This document shows positions 38,093-49,590 of a DNA stretch of 64,000 nt, piece by piece. Source of the DNA: Chrysemys picta bellii. Its lineage: Eukaryota. The stretch covers positions 90,892,001 through 90,956,000 of the forward strand of contig NC_088794.1 of the NCBI RefSeq assembly GCF_011386835.1, given 5' to 3'. A model generated the notes under the pieces. The model saw nothing but the letters and a program-made list of their open reading frames with translations. It did no database searches and was not told where the DNA came from. The position numbers and the translations under genes are program-made. Position 1 is the first letter of the stretch; every line of letters begins with the position of its first letter.

Positions 38093-38133
38093 AGACCTGA
38101 ATAAAAGTTCTGTGTAAGCGCAAAAGCTTGTTT
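38093..38133 (+). ncRNA. Degenerate hammerhead motif in PLE pLTR (second copy at 35570-35606, minus strand)
   Basis: AGAC-CUGAAUA-A-AAGU(UCUGUGUAA)GCGC-AAA-AGCU-U-GUUU. The minus copy keeps CUGAAGA-A-GAGU...GCUU-GAA-AGUU but has lost stem I. Both are probably inactive. Confidence 0.5.
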
Positions 38134-38770
38134 CTCTCTCCAACAGAAGTTGGTCCAATAAAGATATTACTTCACCCACTTTCTCTCTCATAACTGAGTT
38201 TAGTGAGATCTGGGAGAGTTGCCCCAGGGGTGAAGGCTTCCCTTATTAAACAAACTCTGAATATAGCCCATTGCAGCTTGTCAAGCAAATTCTGTTCAGG
38301 AGGAGCCTGAAATTATTTGGGTCCATTGACTTAAGTGGAATTGCTTCTGATTTACATCACTGTGAGAGGCGAATCAGGCCCATTGTGTTCTGCTCTTCCC
38401 TTAGCCCTGCCAGCAGAAGAATGTTCGAAGAGACATTGTCAAGATAAAAAATTATCTTGGTTGAAAGAGACAATTTAGGTTACTGAACCAGAATGAATTT
38501 CATAAATCTAGTGTCTCTCACTATTTAGCCTGTTTGTTTACCTTTTTACCTTACTTTGAAACTTGGCTGTTCTGTTGCCCTCTGTGCACTTAATTCAGTC
38601 TTTAGTGGGATACATCAGCTTCTACCAAGACCCATGGCTAGGGACCCCAGATAAGAGAAACTCTGCCTGGAAGGGGTTGCAGCAGCAGCCAGAACAGCCC
38701 TGAAAGTTGGTGGCACTGACTGGGAAAAGGTCATGGCCAGAGCATCCTTGAAATTCACTGATTCAGCTCA

Positions 38771-38959
38771 GGGGGAGGGAATAGCTCAGTGGTTTGAGCA
38801 CTGGCCTACTAAACCCAGGGTTGTGAGCTCAATCCTTGAGGGGGCCACTTTCGGATCAGGGGCAAAAACAATACTTGGTCCTGCAAGTGAAGGCAGGGGG
38901 CTGGACTCAATGACCTTTCCCTTCCAGTTCTAGGAGATAGGATATCTCTATTTATTTAT
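38771..38959 (+). mobile_element. Tortoise-type PolIII SINE
   Basis: gggggagggaatagctcagtggtttgagcactggcctactaaacccagggttgtgagctcaatcc...ttctaggagataggatatctc followed by (tatt)n. Confidence 0.92.
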
Positions 38960-41156
38960 CCCATGGAAAGCCCCCTACCAGCTATGAAGCCTAGATTAGA
39001 GCTAAAAATTGGACACCCCTGGAAGAACAAAAATGAATCCTAAGTTTAGGACACATGTACAGACTTGATTTGTCTTCTCTCTTCCCTGAAATCTCAGAGG
39101 AGTGGGTGGGATCTGAAAACATCAGAAGAGCAAGCGACCATTGTAACTGTAAATCTAGTTTAACCAAATTCATCCCTGGTGTAAATCCACGGAATGCAAC
39201 CAAGTGACACCAAAGATGAATTTGTTCTTATCTTTCTGCCACTATACAACATGGAGAGTATTATATTAATAATGAAGAAATAAATAAAATAATGTTCATA
39301 GTGTGTTCTTTGTTAGGCCAGGCTCTTCAAGTGGAGTGACCCAGGGCAATTCTCAGATTTAATCTCTCTTCTTCCCCAAACAAGCAGTTGATTCCTGCTT
39401 TACTCCCAATTTAAAATCTTTGATCAACATTAGGGGTATGAAAGGAGTCCCTGATCTAAGCTCAGATAATGGAGAGAGATGGCATTTGGCTCTTTGAGGT
39501 AGAAGTGGACAAAAAGCAAAAAAAGACAGCTAGAATCATGAGCGTTAGTGGATTTCAGCCACAAGAGAGTGTGGGGTAAGGGCAAGCGAAAGAGAGACAA
39601 TGAGAGACTGTAGCCAGTTTATTCCATCTCCTTCAAGGTGTCATTTGAGTCAATGGGAATGACTGCAGCAGATCTCAAGATACACAAGGATCACTTATTT
39701 GGCTTTTAAAAATACATTGAGAATAAAGGAAATACTAAAAAAAGTGAGCCAATCGCCTGGGTCATGATGTGTGGGAATGAATAAAAAAGGTGAGTGCCAG
39801 CTGGTAATAATCTGTGGTATGTAAATAGGCTTAAGCCAGGGGAAGGAATTTTTCTGGATCTGGTCCAAAGGTGTCAACCATTTGCAAGATCTGACTGAGA
39901 TTAACCTGTGGTTTTCCATGGTCAGCACACAAAGGGGAAAAATACGATAAGTAAGCACAGCAGTTGTACTGAGGATCCTAGTGTTGTTCAAACATACATA
40001 ATGCGGTCAGAACCAGCCTGTGACCACACCTGGCAATGTTCCTTAGCTCTGGAAACATCCCCAGTAAGGAATTGGCTGGCTAGCGTCTCTCCCTCTCTCT
40101 CAGGATGCAAGCATTGAATACAAGAGACATCATCTGTTTCTAAAGCACTATCTCTAGTTCACCATTCCTTTGGAAAGCAACCCAAAAAATTAAATTTTAC
40201 TGAAAGGCAATATCGGCCACATTCATCACTCCTTATACACATACATCACACATTATAACTCCCCTGAACACTATGGGTTTACACCAGGGATGACGAGTTT
40301 GGCCATTTAATGCTTGCAGTTTACCAAATTGTACATCTGTTTGGTTCCTTTGTTTCTGAGACATAGTTCCACAAATTATTATTATGAAAGAGATGAATTT
40401 AAGAAGGCCTCATCATATTGCAAGGACACACTGAAAAGTCTGCTTGCATGCCCTTCATTCCCCCACCCCATACACACAATCTCAGAGTTGCAAACTGTCA
40501 TCCTATAAGTGTGCAAAAACATTTCTTCGGGTTACAATCTTCAAACCAGATGTCTGGTCCTGTGGAGAACAATTATACAATGATATGGAGCTGGATAGTC
40601 TTTACTTCTTTAACTTCTAGGATTCATGGTAGGCTTGTGTTTTAGAGAAGAGATTCAAGGAAAGAGCATGTGTGTTGGCCTTCTGCATAGGTGCAGGAGG
40701 GAGGTCAGTGGGAAAGGAAACATTGACAAAATTCACTATTTAAGTCAGTGGAGTTGTGTTCAGATATGCCAGTGTTGAATGTGGCCCAATATATGTGTTG
40801 TAATATATTCTGAATATCTCGAACTTTCTGCAGTAAAACAATGGATTTCAAAAGTGTAATAGTGTTTATTTCCTTTAAAAAAAAAAGGACATTCCAAAGG
40901 TAGTCTGAAGTCCTGAAAAAAAGCCTACTATTATCCTCTGATGAGCCAGTCAAGAACTATCTCCATAAGCTACCTGATGAACTCAAAGACAAAAAATATT
41001 TTTCACTGACATCAGCATAACTAATCTAGATGCATCTATTTGCATATGCAGCCTGATTGACTGTAAACTCACTCCATATCTCAGTATTGTTTACCTTAGA
41101 AATGGCAACAACAGAAACCAAGTGACTGACTGCATGACTTTTCAACCAATGATGAG

Positions 41157-41827
41157 TAGGGCCTTACCAAATTCACGGCCATGAAAAATGTGCCACGGAC
41201 CACGAAATTGGATCTCCCCGTGTGAAATCTGGCCTTTTGTGTGCTTTTACCCGATACCATACAAAGTTCACAGAGGAGACCAGTATTTCTCAAATTGGGG
41301 GTCCTGACCCAAAAAGGAGTTGTGGGGGGGGGTTGCAAGGTTATTTTAGGGGGGTTGGGGTATTGCCACCCTTACTTCTGCGCTGCTGCCTTCAGAGCTG
41401 GGAAGCCGGAGAGTGGCGGCTGCTGACTGAAGGCTCAGCTCTGCAGACAACAGCACAGAAGTAAGGGTGGCAAGACCATACCATGCCATCCTTACTTCTG
41501 CACTGCTGCTGGCGATGGCTCTGCCTTCAGAGCTGGGCTCCCGACCAGCAGCCGCTGCTCTCCAGCTGCCGAGCTCTGAAGGCAACACTGCCGTCAGCAG
41601 CAGTGCAGAAGTAAGGGTAGCAGTACCGCACATCCCCCCTACAATAACCCTATGACACCCCCACACACACAACACTCCTTTTTTGGGTCAGGACCCTACA
41701 ATTACAACACCATGAAATTTCAGATTTAAATAGCTGGAATCATAAAACTATTTTTACTATTTACTATTTTTTAAATCCTATGACCATGAAATTGACCAAA
41801 ATGGACCATGAATTTGATAGGGCCCTA
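41157..41827. mobile_element. hAT MITE (TAGGGCC TIR) with internal inverted repeats
   Basis: TIR tagggccttaccaaattcacgg / ccatgaatttgatagggcccta; TSD atgatgag / attatgag (1 mismatch). Confidence 0.85.
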
Positions 41828-42029
41828 ATTATGAGCCACGATTTTTTCCTTGCATATAACTGTAGCTATTTAACTAGGCTTTTCCACTTTATATTATTCT
41901 TATTTTTCAAGCACCCACTTAGGTACTACTCACATGTCATAAACACACAAAGACAAGTTTATAACATTCAACAACAGTACCCCATCGCTTTACTTTGGGG
42001 GCAAAGACAAAATGTTGATATAAGAAAAA

Positions 42030-42150
42030 GTGTAGGCTCTTCAAGACAGGGACTCTTGTTTTTACTCCATGTCTGTACGGTGTGTAGCACAACTGGATCC
42101 TGATCCCAGACTGGGGCTCTGGACACTAATGTAATAAATAATATTTTCTC
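42030..42150 (+). mobile_element. L2-type 3' tail fragment (similar fragments at about 18750-18825 and 47170-47300)
   Basis: gtaggctcttcaagacagggactcttgttt...tctgtacggtgtgtagcacaa...taataaataat. Confidence 0.55.
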
Positions 42151-42294
42151 CTCTCTGGTACTAATAAAAATTATTCAAACTAATGAGAGAAACTCAACGA
42201 ATACAGTTTGGGAAAGGATAATCTACATGCTTCCTTTATAAATACCAGTAGCTCAACACGTGGCTTAATGTCATTTTCATTCTGAAAGGGAAAC

Positions 42295-42351
42295 CTTCTA
42301 GGACGTAAGTGAAGTCTGCCTGGAATGACAGCCATGGCACCATTACAGCAG
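42295..42351 (-). CDS. Candidate alternative first coding exon of DPF3 (MAVIPGRLHLRPR-R)
   Basis: Acceptor tctctctttccag at 42352, then GGTGCCATGG Kozak (ATG at 42335) and 41 coding nt ending AG|gtttcc. This is phase 2, compatible with exon 2, but the donor is weak. Inference only. Confidence 0.35.
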
Positions 42352-45300
42352 CTGGAAAGAGAGAGCAAGCAACAGGCCGAGAAGGGGCAGAGCTCAGCCT
42401 TCAGCGTAGGAAGGAAAGGCGAGGAAGAATGCTAATTAAAAACGCAGTGTGGATGCAGGAGACTCACAAAGATTCTCCCCCTCCCCACCCCAGCCATCCA
42501 TATGACAGTGCTGCTCTGTGGAACAGAACAATAGATACATTATGCTAACCTATAATTATCCCAAGAAAAGCGATAGCTAAGTCAAGGCATTACATGAACG
42601 TTGGAATACTGGATACAATCCAACAAGAAGCAAACAAGGGGGAAAAGTCTTTAAACAAAGACTGAAAGCTGCCCAGCGCAGAACATCAAAGAGGAAATTT
42701 CATGTTATCTTCACATTTGTTTTGGGGTTTTTTTCCCCTCTTTTATTTAATGATTTAAGCACAAATTCCCTCTTTCGTGTATTTCTTGGCTACTTTCTGT
42801 CCTAATTAGTTCCAGTTATGAACATTCTCCTTCGACAGCATGGTGGATTTGGCTCACACAGACCAGATCCCTCTGCATGGATATAAGATAGAGAATTTAG
42901 CCCAATGCACGTCTTTGTCACAGGTGCAAGCAATGGGAGGCAGGAAGGGTAGATGGAGATATTCTCCAAAGCCAGACAAGCTGCTGGTGCTTTAGAGAGG
43001 ATGCATAATCAGGAATCACCAAGCTGCAGCATGCACAAGCACTTCAATACCTGCAGTCTGATTCCACTCAGACAGGGAATACCCAATTATGGGAAGGAGT
43101 GAGGACACAACTTACACCTTACAGCACTATGCTTTAAAGGGGGATTAATATCATTGTTTAGAAGAGCTGGCATGTTGGAGTAGATGGCTTATTGCCTTTC
43201 CAAATAGGTTTATACTCAATATATTAACAAAAAATAATCTAGTATCCCCCCAAGTTCTGTATAATCCCCTTTACATTCTGGGCGTGCATATCTAGGGTAA
43301 CCTGATTCAAGTAATCTAGTCCTCAGTCCTCAGAGCAGACCATTAGGATGCTTGTCAACAACCAAACCAACAGAAACACATTTTTCTTTGCCAGTGCTAG
43401 ACGGTCAGTGCTACTCCCTGCAGACCAGAGCAACTGAGTCCCATCCCTGTAGAGACAGCACCCTATCTCTCCAGCATCTTGTCCCTCCAAAGGAAGCATA
43501 CAGAGAAAAAAATATACGCTAGGAAACAGCAAGGCTGGCCCCCATGGAATCTTGCCATGCCATCTGCCTACAGAAGTGTCCAAACATGGTCATTGCTAAC
43601 ATCATTCCAGCAGAATTTCCCTCTCTAGTGTGAACAGATATTTTGCTGAGAAACATGAGCAGGTAGCTATCATCTTTAAACAGTCATTACACTTGGATAT
43701 GGCCCAACAGCATTAGCATATGGTTCAAGGCAGGGCTAGAATGACAGCATGATTTCCGAACATGATTTGGCCCTATCCCCAGTCAAAAATGCAATAATAT
43801 GGTCAGAGAACTAACAAGTTATTAAACAGTTCCCTGTTTGCTGTGTTGATCGGCACCTAGTCTCCAGCTCCTAAACCATACTAGCTTTTGGCTACACTGA
43901 ACCAACCAGGAGGGAACAGAGAGGATATGGCACATTCCAATGTTCTGTCACTCCCCCTCTCCCTACATTAAGGAGACAAAAAGGCAGAAACATCTGCAGA
44001 AGAGATAAGCAGTTGCCTGGCTCAATTCAGCAGGCTGGGAGCCTCTCTGTTCTTGCTGCAGGTGTTACTAGAGTCAGAAGGCCAAATTCTGCATTCAGCT
44101 GCACCAGTTTAAAAATCCAGAGTAACTGCATTGACTTCAAAGGAATTCATCTGTATTTTACACTGCTGAAGCCCACGCAGAATCTGACTCAGAGGCCATT
44201 ACAGAAATAAGTTGCAGGTGACATGAGTTACCCAAGCCAGAAAACAACAGGGCATAAATACTACTTACTACAGAGAGAGCTGGATAGGTCAGCACTGATC
44301 CTTTTCTTAAGCAAGAACAGAGAAACTGCAGTAATAACCATTTTCATAAGGATACTAGATAGTGGAAACCTTACCCAAGCCACTTCAAATTTCTCTCTCT
44401 ACAGACATTATCAAGCTGATCTTGTTACCCTCCCTCCTCCCCCACAACTATACTCCCCATGTAGTACAGCAACTCATATTTCATCTATATTGCAGGCATT
44501 GTGTGCTTGTAACTGTGCCACCGAGTGTTGTCAAAAAAAGCCACCAGCTGGAAGGGATCCTGGAATGAAATCTATGCAGTTCTGTGGCCTCCTAAGTGAT
44601 TGCAACTGTGGCAGTTAAACCTGCTAATGTGCTAAACGTTTTCTGGCAAAGCCAGCAGGTTTTCTTGGTGTTTTGGGCATGGGGAATTGATTGAAAAGAC
44701 GACTTTCTAGACAAGCTTGAGAAGGAAGGAGGGTTAGGACAAAGAAAAAAAACTCACAACCCAGGAAACATCTTGTAAAACTCACTACAATAGGAGTTAA
44801 ATTTCAGAGATCCCAGAGCAACCTCTCCAGGTAAGTTAAAGCTGAACTCTTGGGTTCCTGCCAGCTCCATAGAAAGAATTTCATTTCCTAGAAGAAAGCT
44901 CCCTTTGCTCTTTTTCTTGCCTTGGCTTTAATCAAAGCATTGTCTGGTTGTTTTACTGATAGGCCTGGAGAAGCTTACAATGGAAAAGATCCATCCCTGG
45001 TGTAACACCATTAACTTACTTAGGGTGTCCCTGCACAGGAGTTAGACCCAATCACTCTTGCGGGCTTCCCCAGTTAGAGAAGTTAGAAGGTGCCAGCTAG
45101 ATTTTTGGCATTTCCACTAGTTAGGATGTCTCAACAATATGGCGCGAAGGACTCCAACTTGAAACCTAGATCTAGATTCTCAAAAGTATTTAGATGACTA
45201 ACTCCTAATAAAATAAATGCGAGTTAGGTGCCTAAATACCTAAGCGCATCTGGGCCCTAGTCAATTTGAAAAAGTGAATTAAAAATAGGTTCTGGCATAA

Positions 45301-46559
45301 CAGCTCCCATTGGGTTTTCCCCCTTACCAATCTTTGTGGTTTTCAATCACACTTTCCTACAGTTGTGTGTTTTTTGGTCGCCACCCCCCCTGTTCTTCTA
45401 TGGAAAAATCCACACAAACAACATAGGTGAAACTGAGTATGTGCAAAGTGCTGTCAAAAGTACACAGAAAATCAACCTAAAAAATAGGATACAGTAGCAT
45501 TTTCTGATCTCAGTTGTAGCCATCTGAGGTGTTACTTTTAACAATAGTAGGTAAAAAGTATCCTGAGAGAATCATGACTTACGTTGATGATCCTATATGT
45601 ATTAATACTGAAATAAGGCTAAAAATAAAGGGTGGTAGAAATATTAATAGGCCAAATTATGAAGGAGTCAGTGAAGGTTTGCCACGAATAAGGACTTCAG
45701 AACTTGATTGTTTAGTAGTAGTAACTTCCTCAGACAGCATGATTGAGGAGGAATGTCTTTGGGAGGGAAAGAGGCAGCTACGGAACTCTGAGCTGGCTTG
45801 AGTCACACCAGTGAATGGGGAAATTTTGCAAAATGATGCCGTTTCATGCCTGTAATGATGTCATTACTGTCCACTTACAGGCAGGAGGGGAGTAAAGGTG
45901 CTGTATGGCTAGTGGGAGGAGGGAGACAAAGGGAATTTGCTACAGGAAGGCTGCTTTTCAAGACGAATCTGGTTTTCAGAACCAAGTTTTGTAACTGAGA
46001 AACCCTCAGCACAGCAAAACAATGCAGTTCCTCAGGTGTACAATTGATCAGCAATGTTCGAAATATGAATGAGCAAGCTGATGAAATAATTCACTTTAAG
46101 AAACAGTCGTTGGCTTTCAATTCCCCTTTGGGGGCTTTAGAAAAAGCAAATATAGACTGTTGACAAATGAAAGCTTAGACAAAGTTACTGTGCAAGATTG
46201 AACTTTTGGAAGGGGAAAAAATTGTTTTAATACCAAGTATTTCCTAGAGGAGCTACAGGGCAGAAAGAGAACAAACTCCTAGATGAGCAAGCCCTCTTTC
46301 CCCAGAGATCTTTACATGTTTACAAAATGTTACAATAAGCCACATTAAACAGGAAAACATAAAGGACACTTCAAATCCCATAAAATCACCTCCCAACTCT
46401 CACGCCCTTATCACAATAGTTGAAAAGCCTGGCAGACTATATAGGGCTTGCAGCATATGCTGAAGGTGAATAGTTTGGGGCTCTGTTGAACTGAAGTGGG
46501 GAGCAAATTCTACTGTTGCATGCACACACTGTTGCCAGTCCCTGCACAGTTAAACTGGA

Positions 46560-46800
46560 GGGCTGATAGCTTAGTGCTTTGGGCGATCTCATCCATCACA
46601 GCATGACACAGGAAGGGAGGTGATCTCTGATATAAAGTGTGCTGGGTCCTAATTAAAAGCACCACCCTAAACTGCAACTGGAAAGACTGGCAACCAATGC
46701 AGATCACGGGCCATAGGTGTGACTTGCTTCCTACTCACACTCTTTAGGAAGCAGACTGCCTTATTCTGAGCAGCCTTATGGTGAAAAGCACGCACCCAGT
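46560..46800 (-). mobile_element. L2 LINE C-terminal remnant (similar fragments at about 53000-53230 and 55780-56030)
   Basis: Minus-strand QVTPMARDLHWLPV and FQLQFRVVLL resemble the L2 ORF2 C-terminal HITP...LHWLPV motif. Confidence 0.55.
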
Positions 46801-48429
46801 GCATGTTACAACCCAATGCCAAGATGACCAGCATACGAATAGCACCAGTGAGGCCTATATCCAAGAGAGCTCACAACACCCCAGCCAAGCATAAATGCTG
46901 AAAGCTTTCTTGGCCAGTGCCACTACCTAGTCACTCCCTACTAACACTGCTTATCTCTACAGCTCTTCCCACCTTAATCAATGAATTACGCCTCCTGCAG
47001 CCTGTTGAGAGTTATCTGCATTTTTACAGACAGGCACAAAGAGGACAAGGCTCCACTACAAGAACTGAACCCAGATACCCTGGTTCTCACTTGGCTCTTT
47101 TAACCAACTGGCTACACTCTATCTCCTTCCCATCCTGCTACACAGTCAACATGTCTTCCCTGCCATGTCTTGTACTTCCCTGTCTTGTACTTGGATTGTG
47201 AGCTCTTTTGGGTCCAGGTCTGTGCAGCACCTAGCACAATGGGGTCCTGGTCCACAGCTGGGAATCCTAGGTTCTAGGATAATACAAGTATTATTATTAT
47301 TTATTTTAATATCTTCCCAGATTGGCCCACGAGGAGCATTTGCTGTTTACATCCAGAGGTCTCCATGATGTTAAGAAGTATAAATCACCTATTATTTCTT
47401 CTTACAATGCTGTCACCCTATAGCCTTTTTTTCAGCTACACCATTCAATTGTTTTCCTTTCTCTCTGTGCCCTGCCAAGCACAAGTCTTTGTCTATTTGG
47501 CTGTCCAGCTTCTCTGCTTTGTATGCTATCAGGTCATGAATGCACTTTCACACACACTAAGACACAAGAATATCCAAAGGTCCCTCACCTTGGATACAAG
47601 CCCTACCATGGCTTCCTGTTCAGCTTGATTGCATTATGAAGGTGCCCAGGCAGAAAAATCTTCCAAAGAGGAAGCATGTAGTGAGACGGCAGCACTGTAG
47701 TGTACTGCACAGAAATGCTTTACAAATGGATAGTTTGAACGCATCTCATAAGCTATTCTGTCAACAAGGAGCTCAGTTACTCTTAGGCATTTTTCTACCT
47801 AACATACCAGCAAAAAGTTCCTCTCACTGTTCACATGCAGCAGGCGTAATCCTTGCCATATTATTCCTAGTGCAAACATCACAGTAGAATGTGATGGGAC
47901 TTTTCCATGCTCAGAGGCAGAGACCTATCTATTTTGTCCTTTTACCCCGTTCTCTCCCCTTGCATGCTACACAAACCCATTATACAAAATCATGTTGTGG
48001 GCACAGGAAAACACTTTAATAAACAGTATATTCCATTTCAAGTAATGCTGCTTCCACTGGAGGATAGCTATGCAACCAGGGCTTAAGTAAAGCACCATGA
48101 CAGGGAATGCCTATGCAGGTTGAAAGAGATGGCTTAGTCCACCCCTCACGATGACACACAAATTCCCTAAGGTCACACATTCAACTTCAAGTGGGATCAG
48201 TTCAGCCCTTGATCTATCTGAGGTAGGTAACAGTGTCTATCATTTATTTGAATTTTCTCTACTCTAAAATAAAAAGTACCTATTCATCCAATGCTATGAG
48301 CAACCTTGACAATCTTTTAAAATATAGCAACAAACAGCCCTTTGTTTTCTCCAGATCAACTCAAATAATCCATTCCTGTATCAAATACAACCAACAAGTA
48401 CAACTTCTTTTGTTTCAGCCACTATACCA

Positions 48430-48630
48430 TTGAAAGGAGGAAAGCATCTTTTGAATGAGACCTTAAGAGTCAAGGTCCTATCCAATTTATAGATATTAAA
48501 AATCTCATGGAATTTTCCATAGTAGTAGAGGTTCTCTCCACATACTGTTCTTAGCCAAACTTCACCCTCCCCTGTTGTGTACTATTGGGCTGCATACCTC
48601 AGAGTGGGCTACATTGCAGTGATGCTTTAT
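48430..48630 (+). mobile_element. AmnSINE-like remnant
   Basis: gagaccttaagagtcaaggtcct...attaaaaatctcatggaattttcc...ggctacattgcagtgatg. Confidence 0.4.
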
Positions 48631-49399
48631 GTTAGTTTGAAAACCCAGGTGCTGCAGGCTGTGTTGCCAGTAGGTCAGTAAAGTGACGCTATTCCCTCAT
48701 GAAGTCACTGTTGAACCAAACGTCCAATCATTATGTTGACAACATTGCACTGATGCCATACTCTACTCTCTGATAAACTGTGAAAAAGAGGCCCTGGCCC
48801 ATTGCAATCCCTGAAAATGTCCTGGAGTTTTTCATATAAGCAAAACAAAAAATGGCTGGGGTGACCTACCACTGGCATAGGCAGGTGCAACTCTGTTGAC
48901 TTTGGCTTCTGCCTACTTACCTCAGCAGTGACTCTGACCTAATGTGAGGAACACAAAAGCTGTAGCATGCTTTATTTCTAATGGGAGGAGGAGGAGTGTT
49001 GTGTTAACTTTAAGCCATATTAGCCCAAGAACATCCTCTGGTATAGCCCTCGCCTTCCATCCTGGCCACAAGAAAAACTCACAGCAGGATTGGTCCTATT
49101 TACAGTGAGACGGGAAGGCTGAGGAGAGAACCTGATCCCTCTGAATTTTATTTTCACTGATGAGAGATGAGATGATAGTTAAAATGCTCTACAACCTACA
49201 GAAACTCATTCTTGATCCATCTTTAAAAAGGACATTGCCAACTTAACATAAATAAATCGCACTTCTGTCTGAACTTTTTTTTTTTTTTAACCTTGTATTG
49301 TCACAGGTCACATTTAGGCCATATGTACTTTCTGGGTACTCTAGTAGCATAGTTATGGTGCCAGAGCTATTGTGGGATAACCCCACAGCATAGACACAG

Positions 49400-49590
49400 C
49401 GTACACCATTAGAAGGGGTTTTACCATTGGTGTCCGAACACAGCCTCCCCAAGCAACGGTAGCTAGGTCAACAGAAGAATTCTTCCATTGACTGAGCTGA
49501 ATCTACACCAGAGGTTAGGTAAGTATAGCTGTGGCACTCAGGTGTGTGGATTTTTCACACCTCTAGCCAACATAGCTATGTCAGCCTAAA
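49400..49590. mobile_element. Harbinger-type MITE fragment
   Basis: Terminus aagtgtagaccaagcc followed by ataa; catagctatg palindrome typical of this turtle MITE group. Confidence 0.55.

Larger units (their letters stand above)
35471..38188 (+). mobile_element. Penelope-like element (RT + GIY-YIG), 5'-truncated with inverted 3'-end copy
   Basis: 35471-36051 is a minus-strand copy of the endonuclease/pLTR end and 36052-38188 is the plus-strand body. Possible degenerate TSD catattgagt / cataactgagt. Confidence 0.92.
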
